Shown: positions 1 to 11,939 of the stretch, piece after piece | Layout: every line of letters starts with the position of its first letter | Position numbering within the stretch: the first letter of the stretch is position 1 | NCBI GenBank assembly: GCA_963801165.1 | Contig: CAWDDT010000005.1 | Coordinates: forward strand, 96,001-160,000 | Reading direction: 5' to 3' | DNA from: an uncultured bacterium | GTDB lineage: Bacteria; Actinomycetota; Acidimicrobiia; Spongiisociales; UBA5794 | Length of the DNA stretch: 64,000 bases | Translations under genes and position numbers: made by a program | The notes under the pieces: generated by a model | Told to the model about the DNA's origin: nothing | The model's input: only the letters and a program-made list of their open reading frames with translations | Database searches by the model: none

Positions 1-1
1 G

Positions 2-622
<621 letters not shown>

Positions 623-677
623 GATGTGGTCCTCTCGCGGCGTTTTCTTCTCGTCGCGCTCTATCTTCCCCCCCGAC

Positions 678-1091
678 ATGACACAACAGCAAACCTACGA
701 CGAGCTCCAGGCGTATCTCATCGAGAGAGCGCACCTCCAATTCATCATCCAGCACGCGGTCGATGCGTGGGCGGCCCAACATGCCTCAGCCGAAACAAAA
801 CCGATCGGGCTGACGTTTGCGCTCGTTGGGCTCTACCTCCACGTCGAGCGGAGGGCTACCGGCCGGTGGGTCCAGCAAGTGCACATGCGCTTGGGTCGAC
901 GCAAACGAGAATGGCCCTCCTTCCCGATACCGGCCGATCGGGGCACCGTGACCGTGCTCGACGTCATGGCGAGAGATCCGGGCCCGGAGCGGTACCGGGC
1001 CATCGACGACTGGTGCGCTTCGGTGTGGGAGGCATACGCCGACAGCCATCAAGCGGTCGAAGACCTCCTAACCGATTACGAGATCATCTGA
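678..1091 (+). CDS. Conserved hypothetical protein, DUF5946-like
   Basis: FIIQHAVDAWAAQH...GLTFALVGLYLHVE...W motif pattern; ATG at 678 chosen because the ORF-track start overlaps the divergent gene. Confidence 0.7.
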   Translation: MTQQQTYDELQAYLIERAHLQFIIQHAVDAWAAQHASAETKPIGLTFALVGLYLHVERRATGRWVQQVHMRLGRRKREWPSFPIPADRGTVTVLDVMARDPGPERYRAIDDWCASVWEAYADSHQAVEDLLTDYEII

Positions 1092-1120
1092 CCCCGGTGC
1101 TGCCGAGTAACGTGGCCGCC

Positions 1121-1594
1121 ATGAGACCGAGCTGGGACGAGTACTTCCTCGAGTTGGTCGATCAGGTGGCGACCCGCGCAACCTGTGACCGCGGCAAGAG
1201 TGGCTGTGTCGTCGTGCGCAGCAAGCGCATCATCTGCACCGGGTACGTCGGCTCGCCTTCGGGGATGCCACACTGCGACGAGGCCGGCCACGATCTGAAG
1301 AAGGTCATGGACGACGATGGCACCGTACGTCAGCACTGTGTCCGCACAGTGCACGCCGAGCAGAACGCCATTGTGCAGGCGGCGCGCTACGGCCTCCAGC
1401 TCGACGGGACCACCCTGTATTGCTCGATGGAGCCATGTCGAGTATGCGCCATGCTGATCGCAAGCGCGGGGATCTCCAGGGTCGTTGCCAGGCGCCGCTA
1501 TCACGCAGGCGGGGACACTCCCGAAATCCTCTCTGCCGCCGGTGTCGACCTGGACATCCTCGAGGACGTGGTGGAGCAGTACGAGGGGCAGTAG
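1121..1594 (+). CDS. dCMP deaminase / ComEB-family Zn deaminase
   Basis: MRPSWDEYF start, HAEQNAI and PCRVC zinc motifs. Confidence 0.92.
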   Translation: MRPSWDEYFLELVDQVATRATCDRGKSGCVVVRSKRIICTGYVGSPSGMPHCDEAGHDLKKVMDDDGTVRQHCVRTVHAEQNAIVQAARYGLQLDGTTLYCSMEPCRVCAMLIASAGISRVVARRRYHAGGDTPEILSAAGVDLDILEDVVEQYEGQ

Positions 1595-1880
1595 CCGTCA
1601 GACTGCCGACGGGTGGATCATATCCTCAACCGCTGCCGCGTAGATCTCAGCATCGGGAGCGTGCCCGAAACAGATCGGCGCCCTATGAACCGCACCCGTC
1701 TCTGTGTGCAGCTCCACTAGCCTGGTCGCGTCGACTGAAGGGTGGCTAGGGTTCCGCTCGCTCCGGCGGGGTCTGGTCCGAGCGCCACGGAAGGCCCGAT
1801 GCGGGCTCGCACCTCACTGGACAAAAGCCTCGAGGGGATAGGTCGGCACGATTGAACGTGTGCCGACAATGGAGCCCTGC

Positions 1881-2786
1881 ATGTCCAGCCAACATCGTGC
1901 CCTTCACCTCAGAGCCGTTGCCGCGGCCCTGCTCGTCACCTTCCTGTGGAGCTCCTCCTGGGTGCTCATCCGGTGGGGGTTGGACGACGAGGCATTACAG
2001 CCGGTCACCTTTGCGGCGCTTCGCTACGGGCTGGCTGCCCTATTGCTCATCGGCTGGGTCGCTTCGAAGCGGCCCCTACGACAAACCATCTCCGGTCTCG
2101 ACCGCAGATCGCTCGTTCAGATCATCATCCTCGGCGTGGTCTTCTACACGATCACCCAGGGTGCCCAATTCGTCGCTATCGACAATCAACCGGCGGCGAC
2201 AACGAGCCTCGTCCTTTCCTGGAGCCCATTGCTGGTCGCCGCTCTGGGATCGCTGTTCATCGCCGAGACCGCGACCCGGCGGCAGATCGCAGGGGCGCTA
2301 CTCGTCGCTGCCGGGGCATGGGCGTACTTTGCGGGCGATCTCGGAGCGACCGCCCTTGGGATGATGGCGGCTCTGATCGCAATGGCAGCCAACGTCGCCA
2401 GCTCGCTGCTCGGCCGAAATGTCAACCGCCGGGCCGACTGTCCCCCCGTTGTCGTCACCGCAATCAGCATGGCCGTCGGTGCTGCCCTCCTTGTCGCTGT
2501 TGGCATCGGCACCGAAGGCATGCCTGCTGTCTCGGCACGAGCCTGGCTGATCATCGGCTGGCTCGCCGTGGTCAATACTGCTTTGGCGTTCACGCTCTGG
2601 AACTACTCGCTACGCCGGCTGTCCGCTCTCGAATCGACGGCGATCAACAACACAATGCTGATCCAGATCGCACTGCTGGCGTGGATCTTCCTCGACGAGA
2701 ACCTCGGCATCGCCGAGATCACAGGAATCGTCCTCGTCTCGATTGGTGTGCTCCTGAGCCAGGCCGCCCGCACGCGAGCCACCTGA
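1881..2786 (+). CDS. DMT/EamA-family transporter
   Basis: About 10 hydrophobic helices in two EamA repeats (LWSSSWVLIR...P.TFAALRY); start could be 1860 or 1869. Confidence 0.88.
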   Translation: MSSQHRALHLRAVAAALLVTFLWSSSWVLIRWGLDDEALQPVTFAALRYGLAALLLIGWVASKRPLRQTISGLDRRSLVQIIILGVVFYTITQGAQFVAIDNQPAATTSLVLSWSPLLVAALGSLFIAETATRRQIAGALLVAAGAWAYFAGDLGATALGMMAALIAMAANVASSLLGRNVNRRADCPPVVVTAISMAVGAALLVAVGIGTEGMPAVSARAWLIIGWLAVVNTALAFTLWNYSLRRLSALESTAINNTMLIQIALLAWIFLDENLGIAEITGIVLVSIGVLLSQAARTRAT

Positions 2787-2847
2787 GATCCCGTTCTGGC
2801 GTCGCAGACCGGAAAATGTTCCGGTCTGCGACGCCAGAATGGACGAG

Positions 2848-5496
2848 TTAACCCTTTTCGTTGAGAACTGCCTGGGCCGCAGCCAGACGGGCGACGGGCA
2901 CCCGGAACGGCGAGCAGCTCACGTAGTCGAGACCGAGTTCGTGGCACAGATGCACCGACTCTGGATCGCCACCGTGCTCACCGCAGATACCGATCTCCAT
3001 GCCGGGGCGGGTCTTGCGACCGCCGTCGACCGCGATCTTGATGAGACCGCCGACGCCGTCACGATCCAGCGTCTGGAACGGGTTGACCGGAAGGACGCCC
3101 TGATCGACGTACTGGATGAGGAAGCTCTTCTCGGCATCGTCACGGCTGATCGCAAACGTCGTCTGCGTCAGGTCGTTGGTGCCGAATGAGAAGAACTCGG
3201 CCTCGGTAGCAAGCTGATCGGCCGTCATCGCCGCACGTGGTGTCTCGACCATGGTGCCGACCTTGTAGTCGACCTTGACCCCGCGGGCCTCCATGACCTC
3301 TTCCGCCACCTCGACGATGAGCTTCTTGAGCAGCTTGATCTCGTTGACGTGAATCGACACCGGGATCATCACCTCGGGCATCGGCGTGGCACCGTTCTCC
3401 TTGGCGTCACAGGCCGCCTCGATGATTGCCCGCGCTTGCATCCTCGAGATCTCCGGCATCAGAACGCCGAGCCGAACGCCCCGGAAGCCGAGCATCGGGT
3501 TCTCCTCATGGAGCTCGTAGACCCGGGCCAGGATCTTCTCCAGCCGGGCGATCTCTGCGTCATCGGTTGCGGCGGCAATCTCACTCGTCAGCTCTTCTGC
3601 GCCGGGCAGGAACTCGTGCAACGGCGGGTCGATGAGACGGATGATCACGGGCATGCCGGACATCGCTTCGAACAGACCACGGAAGTCCTCACGCTGGAAC
3701 GGCAGCAGGACATCGAGTGCTTCCTGACGCTCCTCGACCGTGTCGGCGAGGATCATCTTTTGCACAGTGGGGAGCCGCTCTTCCTCGAAGAACATATGCT
3801 CGGTGCGACACAGACCGATGCCCTCAGCGCCGTAGTCACGGGCACGATTGGCATCGACCGGGTAATCGGCATTCGCCAGCACCTTGAGACGCCGGATGTC
3901 ATCAGCCCATCCGAGCAACGATGACAGCCAGTGGTCGTTGATGTCGGGAACGAACGTCGGCAGCTGGCCGAGGAAGACCTCGCCGCCTGTACCTTCGATG
4001 GAGATGAACTCGCCCTCGTTGATGACCCGACCACCAATCGACATGTTCCGGGCAGTGAGGTCGATGTTGAGCTCGGCGATACCAACAACGGCAGGTTTGC
4101 CGAATTGACGGGCTACGAGAGCAGCGTGGCTGGTACGGCCACCACGGCTGGTCACTATGCCCTTGGCAGCCAGCATGCCGTGCACGTCATCGGGCTTGGT
4201 CTCGGGCCGTACCAGGATGACGTCCTTGCCCTCGTCAGCCCACTCAACCGCCTGGTCTGCGTCGAAGGCGATGATGCCGACGGCGGCACCCGGAGAGACG
4301 TTGAGGCCCTTGGCGAGCAGGTCGCCCGCCTTGCGCGACTCGACGCTGAACTGCGGGTGGAGGAAGAAGTCGATCTGATCCGGGGTGACCCGTCCGACTG
4401 CTTCTTCCTTCGAGATGAGGCCCTCTTCGGCCATCTCGACCGCGATACGAACCGCAGCCTGTGCGGTGCGCTTACCGTCACGAGTCTGGAGCAGCCAGAG
4501 CTTGCCGCTCTCGATGGTGAACTCCATGTCCTGCATGTTCCGGTAGTGCTTCTCGAGCTGGTCGGCGGTTGCCAGCAGCTCGTCGTAGATCCCGGGCATG
4601 TTCTCCTTCATGTCGTCCAGGGTGAGCGTCGCCCGGATACCGGCAACGACGTCCTCGCCCTGGGCATTCATTAGGTAGTCGCCCTCGATGTGGTTGTCTC
4701 CGGTCGCACCGTGACGTGACATGGCAACGCCGGTACCGCAGTTGTCGCCCAGGTTGCCGAAGACCATCGTTTGCACGTTGACGGCAGTCCCGAGGTCGTG
4801 GGGGATGTGCGACGCGTTGCGGTAGTCGATGGCCCGCCTGCTGTTCCACGACCTGAAAACGGCCTCGACGGCGAGCTTGAGCTGTGCGTCCGGATCCAAC
4901 GGGAACTCGGGCGTTACCTCGAGGAAGCGCTCCACGATCTCCTGGAGCGACTCGGTGGAGAGATCGGCATCGATAGCGGCACCCGTCTTCTCACGGAACT
5001 CAGTGAGGATCTCCTCGTACGGCTCGTCCGGCTTGTCGAGAACGACCGAACCGAACATCTGAATGAGCCGGCGGTAAGAGTCATAGACGAAGTGGGCGTC
5101 GCCACTGATGTCGACCAACGACTCGGCTACCTCATGGTTGAGGCCGATGTCGAGAACGGTGTCCATCATCCCCGGCATCGAGAACTTGGCACCGGAGCGG
5201 CAAGAGACGAGGAGCGGGTTGCTGGGATCACCGAACTTCTTGCCGGTCTTCGCCTCGATCGTGGCGAGCGCCTCGGCCACCTGATCCCACATCCCTCCAG
5301 GTACCGTGCCGGCATCGCTGTAGGCGTTGCACGCCACGGTCGTGATCGTGAACCCGGGTGGCACCGGAACGCCCAACCTGGCCATGTCGGCGAGGTTCGC
5401 GCCCTTACCGCCGAGCAGACCGCGGACACTGTCCCAATCTCCGACGAGAGCCTCCGCTTCCGAGACCTCGTCGAAGGTATATACCCACTTCGTCAT
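2848..5496 (-). CDS. ppdK: Pyruvate, phosphate dikinase
   Basis: LLGGKGANLA, PLLVSCRSGAKFSMPGMMDT, phospho-His TSHAA, GIGLCRTEHMFF, SFGTNDLTQ, ICGEHGGDP; GGAG RBS before ATG 5496. Confidence 0.97.
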   Translation of the reverse strand: MTKWVYTFDEVSEAEALVGDWDSVRGLLGGKGANLADMARLGVPVPPGFTITTVACNAYSDAGTVPGGMWDQVAEALATIEAKTGKKFGDPSNPLLVSCRSGAKFSMPGMMDTVLDIGLNHEVAESLVDISGDAHFVYDSYRRLIQMFGSVVLDKPDEPYEEILTEFREKTGAAIDADLSTESLQEIVERFLEVTPEFPLDPDAQLKLAVEAVFRSWNSRRAIDYRNASHIPHDLGTAVNVQTMVFGNLGDNCGTGVAMSRHGATGDNHIEGDYLMNAQGEDVVAGIRATLTLDDMKENMPGIYDELLATADQLEKHYRNMQDMEFTIESGKLWLLQTRDGKRTAQAAVRIAVEMAEEGLISKEEAVGRVTPDQIDFFLHPQFSVESRKAGDLLAKGLNVSPGAAVGIIAFDADQAVEWADEGKDVILVRPETKPDDVHGMLAAKGIVTSRGGRTSHAALVARQFGKPAVVGIAELNIDLTARNMSIGGRVINEGEFISIEGTGGEVFLGQLPTFVPDINDHWLSSLLGWADDIRRLKVLANADYPVDANRARDYGAEGIGLCRTEHMFFEEERLPTVQKMILADTVEERQEALDVLLPFQREDFRGLFEAMSGMPVIIRLIDPPLHEFLPGAEELTSEIAAATDDAEIARLEKILARVYELHEENPMLGFRGVRLGVLMPEISRMQARAIIEAACDAKENGATPMPEVMIPVSIHVNEIKLLKKLIVEVAEEVMEARGVKVDYKVGTMVETPRAAMTADQLATEAEFFSFGTNDLTQTTFAISRDDAEKSFLIQYVDQGVLPVNPFQTLDRDGVGGLIKIAVDGGRKTRPGMEIGICGEHGGDPESVHLCHELGLDYVSCSPFRVPVARLAAAQAVLNEKG

Positions 5497-5686
5497 ACTT
5501 CTCCACCTATCGCTAGGGATTGCGCGTTCATTGGGGGTCGTTTGTGGGCCACAAAAACCCACGACACCACACCAGCAAACCCCCATTGGCGCAAGGGTCG
5601 AGCGCCACTGAAGATGTGCCAATTGGCCCGTTTCGGGCAAACCATCAAGTCGTACGGTAACAAGGTTACCGAGAGGAGAATCGGCT

Positions 5687-6841
5687 GTGAGCGAGATGTA
5701 CGTCTCGGGCCAGTCGGGTATCGGCCGTTTGATTCAAGCGTTGGCAGACAGTGGTCACCGCGTGATCGGGCCGAGAATCCGCAACCAGGCCCTTGTATAC
5801 GATGAAATCGCAGCACTCGACGATCTCCCCAAAGGGTGGACCGACGTGCAGGAGCCGGGGCACTACCGCCTCGAGCACCGCGGCGGTGAGAAGCTCTTCG
5901 GGTATGTCGTTGGTGCCGCGAGCTGGAAGCAATACGTGAACCCGCCCGAGGCGGTCATCTGGTCGGGCACCCGCGGGAAGGAAGGATTCACTACTGACCC
6001 GAGCCCGGCGCCTGTCAAATACGCCTTCTTTGGAGCCCGCCCGTGTGAGCTGGCCGCAATGCGCATTCTCGACGATGTGTATGCCGGCAACGACGGCGTG
6101 CCCGCGCTCGGCGGCTATACCGCGACGCGGGCCGGCGTGTTCGTCGTCGCCGTCAACTGTGGCGAGCCCGGTGGGAACTGCTTCTGTTCCTCAATGGGAA
6201 CAGGACCAACGGCGAAAGCGGGCTTTGACATCGCGATCACCGAGATCACCCACGACGGCAACATGCGCTACTTGCTCGAGAGCGGCAGCGACAAGGGCGC
6301 CGCGATGCTCCGCAGCCTCGAAGGCATGGAGACGGCGACCGACGCCGAGATCGAGTCCGCAGAGGCAATGCTGGCTGCGGCAGCCGAGAACATGGGCAAG
6401 ACCCTCGACACCGAGGACCTGCCCGGCCTGCTCAAGGGCAATGCGCTCAACCCCCGCTGGGAGAGCGTCGCCGACCGCTGTCTGGCATGCGCCAACTGCA
6501 CCATGGTGTGCCCCACCTGCTTCTGCAACACCGTCGACGACAACCTGGCGCTCGATGGTTCGCAGGCCACCAGGACACGCAAGTGGGACTCCTGCTTCAC
6601 CCTCGGCTTCTCGTACATGCACGGGCAGCCGATGCGAGAGCCGGTTGCGGCACGATACCGTCAATGGATGACCCACAAGCTCGCCACGTGGGTCGACCAG
6701 TTCGGCGAGATGGGCTGTGTCGGGTGCGGGCGCTGCATCACATGGTGCCCGGTTGGTATCGACATCACCCAGGAAGCGGCCGCAATCAGACGGGCCGACC
6801 TGCGTGACACCCAGATCAAGGTGGGAGGCGTAACGCCATGA
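5687..6841 (+). CDS. Group 3b hydrogenase beta subunit (HydB/AsrA-like 4Fe-4S dicluster protein)
   Basis: [47 protein letters not shown]; GAGGAG RBS. Confidence 0.9.
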   Translation: MSEMYVSGQSGIGRLIQALADSGHRVIGPRIRNQALVYDEIAALDDLPKGWTDVQEPGHYRLEHRGGEKLFGYVVGAASWKQYVNPPEAVIWSGTRGKEGFTTDPSPAPVKYAFFGARPCELAAMRILDDVYAGNDGVPALGGYTATRAGVFVVAVNCGEPGGNCFCSSMGTGPTAKAGFDIAITEITHDGNMRYLLESGSDKGAAMLRSLEGMETATDAEIESAEAMLAAAAENMGKTLDTEDLPGLLKGNALNPRWESVADRCLACANCTMVCPTCFCNTVDDNLALDGSQATRTRKWDSCFTLGFSYMHGQPMREPVAARYRQWMTHKLATWVDQFGEMGCVGCGRCITWCPVGIDITQEAAAIRRADLRDTQIKVGGVTP

Positions 6842-7296
6842 GTGAACTAGTCGCAACACTGAGCGACCACGACTTCTTCCGGGGTATGAGCGAGGCCCAT
6901 CTGGCGAAGCTCGCCGGCGTCGCCACCGAGATCGAGGTCGAGGGTGACAAGGTCCTCTTCGGAGAGGGCGGCACCGCCGATGCGGCGTATGCCATCGTCT
7001 CCGGCTCGATTGCACTCGAGCTGAGCGTCGCCACCCGGCAACTCATCGTGCAAACGCTGCACGGCGGAGAGATGCTCGGATGGAGCTGGCTGTACCCGCC
7101 CTATCGGTGGTCTTTCAGCGCCGTCGCCAACGATCCGGTGCATCTGATCCGATTCGAGGCCGAGCAACTGCGCGATATGTTCGATAACGACTGCGCTCTC
7201 GGCTACGAGGTGATGAAGCGGTTCGCCGGGGTCATAACCAGCCGTCTGGCCGCAACTCGACTCCAACTGGTGGATTTTTATGGAAACGCTAACTGA
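6838..7296 (+). CDS. Stand-alone cyclic-nucleotide-binding domain protein
   Basis: [16 protein letters not shown]...[19 protein letters not shown]; no HTH (152 aa); overlaps both neighbours. Confidence 0.85.
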   Translation: MSELVATLSDHDFFRGMSEAHLAKLAGVATEIEVEGDKVLFGEGGTADAAYAIVSGSIALELSVATRQLIVQTLHGGEMLGWSWLYPPYRWSFSAVANDPVHLIRFEAEQLRDMFDNDCALGYEVMKRFAGVITSRLAATRLQLVDFYGNAN

Positions 7297-8128
7297 GCCC
7301 GCCGTCATCGATCAGATGACACCAATCCCGTTCCGCGTACGCGGTGTGCGCGAGGAGCTTCCGCACACGTTCACGTTGGAGCTGGAGCCACCCGACGGCA
7401 GCTTCGAGTTCCTTCCCGGGCAATTCACGATGGTCTATGCCTTCGGTATCGGCGAGGTGCCGATATCGATCAGCAGCAGCGCCTCGAAGCCGGGGACGAT
7501 CCTGCAGACCATCCGGCGCACGGGTGCGGTCACCCACGCCCTCGGCCGGCTCAAGTCCGGTGACTATGTCGGCATCCGCGGTCCATTCGGGACACCGTGG
7601 CCGCTTGACACGGCCAGGGGAGGCGATCTGTTGATCATCGGTGGTGGCATCGGCCTGGCGCCGTTGCGCCCCGCCATCTATCACGCCATCGAGAACCGTG
7701 CCGATTACGAGCGGGTTGTCGTTCTCTACGGCACCCGGACCCCGGACGACATCCTATTCGAGAAGGAGTTGGCGGCCTGGGGCGAGCGTACCGACGTCAC
7801 AACCATGATCACCGTCGATGCCGCCGACCGTGGCTGGCACGGCTCAGTCGGAGTCGTCACCCGTCTCATCGGCCGTGTCGGCTTCGATCCCGCGAACACG
7901 ACGGTGCTGGTCTGCGGCCCCGAGATCATGATGACGGTCACGGCACGGCGTCTCATCGAGGGATCCTCGGTGGAGCCTGAGAACATCTACGTGACCATGG
8001 AGCGCAACATGAAGTGCGCCATCGGGGTGTGCGGCCACTGCCAGTTCGGCGAGAAGTTCATTTGTACCGACGGGGCGGTGTTCCCGTACCCGGAAGTCGG
8101 GCATCTCTTCGACATAAAGGGAGTGTGA
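7280..8128 (+). CDS. Group 3b hydrogenase gamma subunit (FAD/NAD(P)-binding, 2Fe-2S)
   Basis: [51 protein letters not shown]. Confidence 0.92.
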   Translation: METLTEPAVIDQMTPIPFRVRGVREELPHTFTLELEPPDGSFEFLPGQFTMVYAFGIGEVPISISSSASKPGTILQTIRRTGAVTHALGRLKSGDYVGIRGPFGTPWPLDTARGGDLLIIGGGIGLAPLRPAIYHAIENRADYERVVVLYGTRTPDDILFEKELAAWGERTDVTTMITVDAADRGWHGSVGVVTRLIGRVGFDPANTTVLVCGPEIMMTVTARRLIEGSSVEPENIYVTMERNMKCAIGVCGHCQFGEKFICTDGAVFPYPEVGHLFDIKGV

Positions 8129-8129
8129 G

Positions 8130-8921
<792 letters not shown>

Positions 8922-8923
8922 TC

Positions 8924-10228
8924 ATGACGTCAGAAGTGAGAAAGCTCGACGTTGACTACATCGCCCGCGTCGAAGGCGAGGGCGAAATGCACGTCAAGGT
9001 CGTCGACGGCAAGATCGAAGACGTCTGGTTTGGCATCTTCGAGCCACCCCGCTTCTACGAGGCGTTTCTCGAGGGCCGGCCGTTCTCGGATGCACCGGAC
9101 ATAACGGCACGCATCTGCGGCATCTGTCCGATCGCCTATCAGATGAGCTCGACGCATGCGATGGAGTATGCGTTCGGTGCGTCGGTCACCGGCCAGCTCC
9201 GTGCGCTGCGCCGCCTCATCTATTGCGGTGAATGGATCGAGAGCCACGTGCTGCACATGTTCCTGCTCCACGCCCCGGACTTCCTCGGGTATGAGAGCGC
9301 CGTGCACATGGCGGCGGACCACAGGGACGTTGTCGAGCTCGGTCTGCGGCTGAAGAAGGCGGGCAACGCGATTGTCACCGTCGTCGGCGGCCGGGAGATC
9401 CACCCGGTCAACGTCAAGGTCGGCGGTTTTTACCGGGTCCCGACCAAGCAGGAGCTCGAGACGCTGGTCCCGGAGCTGGAGTGGGCACGTGAAGCTGCAA
9501 AGCAGACGATCAGGCTCGTTTCCGGATTCACCTTCCCCAAGGTGGAGCAGGACTTCGAGTTCGTCTCGTTGAGCCACCCGTTGGAGTACCCGTTCTGTGA
9601 AGGCCGGATCGTCTCCAACAAGGGTCTCGACATTGCCATCTCCGAGTGGAACGACTACTTCCTCGAGGAGCACGTTGAGCGCTCGAATGCGCTGCATTCG
9701 CGTATCCGCTCGCGCGGGGCGTATCACGTCGGCCCACTGGCCCGGTACGCCAACAACTTCGAGAAGTTGACCCCGGCGGCACGAGATGCTGCTCTCGAGG
9801 CGGGTCTTGGCCCGGTTGAGCTGAACCCGTTCAAGAGCATCATCGTGCGCGGTGTCGAGACGCTCTACGCGGTCGAAGAGGCGCTGCGGATCATCGATCA
9901 ATACGAGGAGCCGGATCGCCCCGATGTCGAGCTGAACATTCACGCCGGTGTCGGGCACGGTGCTTCCGAGGCGCCCCGCGGCATGCTCTACCACCGCTAT
10001 GAGGTGGACAATGCCGGCCGGATCTTGAAGGCGCAGATCGTGCCACCAACGGCGCAGAATCAGCTGACGATCGAGGACGACCTGCGGGCGGTGCTCGAGG
10101 AGTCGCTGGATCTGCCCGACAAGGAGCTGACCTGGGTGCTGGAGCAATCGATCAGGAACTACGACCCCTGTATCTCGTGTGCGACTCACTTCCTGAACGT
10201 GAAAGTCGACCGGATCACCACTAAATAG
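8924..10228 (+). CDS. [NiFe]-hydrogenase large (alpha) subunit, group 3b
   Basis: RVEGEG, L1 motif [11 protein letters not shown]2 motif [12 protein letters not shown] followed by a short cleavable tail. Confidence 0.95.
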   Translation: MTSEVRKLDVDYIARVEGEGEMHVKVVDGKIEDVWFGIFEPPRFYEAFLEGRPFSDAPDITARICGICPIAYQMSSTHAMEYAFGASVTGQLRALRRLIYCGEWIESHVLHMFLLHAPDFLGYESAVHMAADHRDVVELGLRLKKAGNAIVTVVGGREIHPVNVKVGGFYRVPTKQELETLVPELEWAREAAKQTIRLVSGFTFPKVEQDFEFVSLSHPLEYPFCEGRIVSNKGLDIAISEWNDYFLEEHVERSNALHSRIRSRGAYHVGPLARYANNFEKLTPAARDAALEAGLGPVELNPFKSIIVRGVETLYAVEEALRIIDQYEEPDRPDVELNIHAGVGHGASEAPRGMLYHRYEVDNAGRILKAQIVPPTAQNQLTIEDDLRAVLEESLDLPDKELTWVLEQSIRNYDPCISCATHFLNVKVDRITTK

Positions 10229-10253
10229 TGGACCCTACGGCGGTGATGAGCTG

Positions 10254-10730
10254 ATGGGAGGAGGAGCTCCGTCCACCGATGGAGCGCACGCAGTCGTTAT
10301 CGGCGTCGGCAATCGCTGGCGCCGGGACGACGCAGCCGGGATGGAAGTTGTCGACGCGCTCCAGGAGCGCGTCGACGACTCGGTCATCCTGGTCGAGAGC
10401 GGCGGTGAACCGGCCCGGCTGCTCGACGCCTTCGCACTCGCTCGCCGTGTCGTCATGGTCGATGCGGTGGTCACCGGAGCCGAGCCCGGGACCATCCACC
10501 GTTTCACCGACGCGGATCTGCCACAGCGGATGGGGATCGGGCAGTCGAGCCACCTGGTCCAGCTCGTCGAGAGCATCCAGCTGGGCAAATTGCTCGGCAA
10601 GCTCCCCAATGGGCTCACGCTGATCGGGATCGAGGCAACGGATTTTGGCAACGGGGAGGGCATGACGATCCCGGTCGAATCTGCCATTGCCGTCGCCGTC
10701 GACGCGGTGCTGGCCGAGCTGGCAGGCTAA
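10254..10730 (+). CDS. Hydrogenase maturation endopeptidase
   Basis: VIGVGNRWRRDDAAG, VDAV, PGTIHR, SSH motifs; directly follows the large subunit. Confidence 0.9.
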   Translation: MGGGAPSTDGAHAVVIGVGNRWRRDDAAGMEVVDALQERVDDSVILVESGGEPARLLDAFALARRVVMVDAVVTGAEPGTIHRFTDADLPQRMGIGQSSHLVQLVESIQLGKLLGKLPNGLTLIGIEATDFGNGEGMTIPVESAIAVAVDAVLAELAG

Positions 10731-10789
10731 CGCAGCGTTTCCTGCGGACCATCGCAGCCCTCACGACGGCTGTCCTGTCGCAAATTCGA

Positions 10790-11821
10790 TCAGGTGCGGC
10801 CGATCGTGCTCTCCCGGATCACCAGCTCGGCTTCGAGCTGGATGGCCGACGCGGGCGCCGAGCCATCGCGCACCTCAGCGAGCAGCGTGCGCACAGCGTG
10901 CCGCCCGATGTCCATCAGCGGTTGCAGCACCGAGGTGAGCGGTGGGGCGAACCACGCCGCCTCTTCGATGTCGTCAAACCCGGCAACGGCGATGTCCTCG
11001 GGAACGCGCAGCTTCCGGCCCCGGATCGTGTGCATCGCACCCAGAGCCATGCGGTCGTTGCCGGCGACCACTGCATCAATGTCCGGCAGGCGGTCGAGCA
11101 GGGCGCTCATCGCGTCTGCTCCGCTGCTGGGAGACCAATCGCCCTCCTCGCACAGCTCGAGAGTCGGTTCGAAACCGTGCTTGGCGAGCCCGCGCCGCCA
11201 GCCGTCCCGCCGATCTTCGGCCTCATGCCAGCTCAGCGGTCCCGAGATGTGTGCGATCCGGGTGCGCCCGATCGACACGAGATGATCGACGACGCGTTCG
11301 GTCGCACCGGCGTTGTCGACAACGACACTCGAGTAGCGGTCCGACACACCGGCCTTGACGAACACCACCGGCTCGAACTGCTCCGACAATGCGGCACGGA
11401 TCCGGTCGACGATCTGGCCCACTGCCGGAACGGACATGATGATCCCATCAACGTGACGCTCGATAAGCGCTGAGATTGCCGGCCGCGGGTCGTCGAAGCT
11501 CTCACGCTCGGGGAGCTCGGCAATCAGCACGGTCATCCCGAGTTGGGTCGCTTCATCGACGATGCCCCGCAGGGTCAGTGCGGTGCCCGTGTAACCCATG
11601 CCGGCAAGCAGTACCCCGATGGCATTGCTGTGTCTGGCGACCAGGGTTCGCGCCACCGCGCTCGGTTTGTAGTCGAGTGCAGCGATGGCATCGGCCACAC
11701 GCTTTCTCGTATCCGGGGCCACGTCGGGCCGATCGTTCATGACGCGGGAGACAGTCTGGGTCGAGACACCACAGTAGGCCGCCACATCCTTGATTGTGAT
11801 TCTCCGACCCGACCCGTGCAT
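10790..11821 (-). CDS. LacI-family transcriptional regulator (probable arabinose repressor)
   Basis: ITIKDVAAYCGVSTQTVSRVMN HTH, YKPSAVAR hinge, sugar-binding domain; divergent from araB. Confidence 0.92.
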   Translation of the reverse strand: MHGSGRRITIKDVAAYCGVSTQTVSRVMNDRPDVAPDTRKRVADAIAALDYKPSAVARTLVARHSNAIGVLLAGMGYTGTALTLRGIVDEATQLGMTVLIAELPERESFDDPRPAISALIERHVDGIIMSVPAVGQIVDRIRAALSEQFEPVVFVKAGVSDRYSSVVVDNAGATERVVDHLVSIGRTRIAHISGPLSWHEAEDRRDGWRRGLAKHGFEPTLELCEEGDWSPSSGADAMSALLDRLPDIDAVVAGNDRMALGAMHTIRGRKLRVPEDIAVAGFDDIEEAAWFAPPLTSVLQPLMDIGRHAVRTLLAEVRDGSAPASAIQLEAELVIRESTIGRT

Positions 11822-11880
11822 CTTCACTCCTGCTCTGCCTGGGACCAGACCCTCTGTAGATTACCTCACACTACTAGGCT

Positions 11881-11908
11881 ATGTTATCGTTAACGGGAGC
11901 GTTAACAT
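11881..11908. promoter_or_regulatory. Tandem LacI-type operator, copy 1
   Basis: ATGTTATCGTTAACGGGAGCGTTAACAT; its reverse complement matches the sites at 15892 and 15981 at 24/28 each. Confidence 0.75.
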
Positions 11909-11939
11909 GATGCTTGCTCGAGCGGAAGGGGAAACGGCG

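Noticed and set aside
1595-1880. Intergenic region and short ORFs between the deaminase and EamA genes
   Set aside because: No recognisable ncRNA, riboswitch or coding signature by eye.
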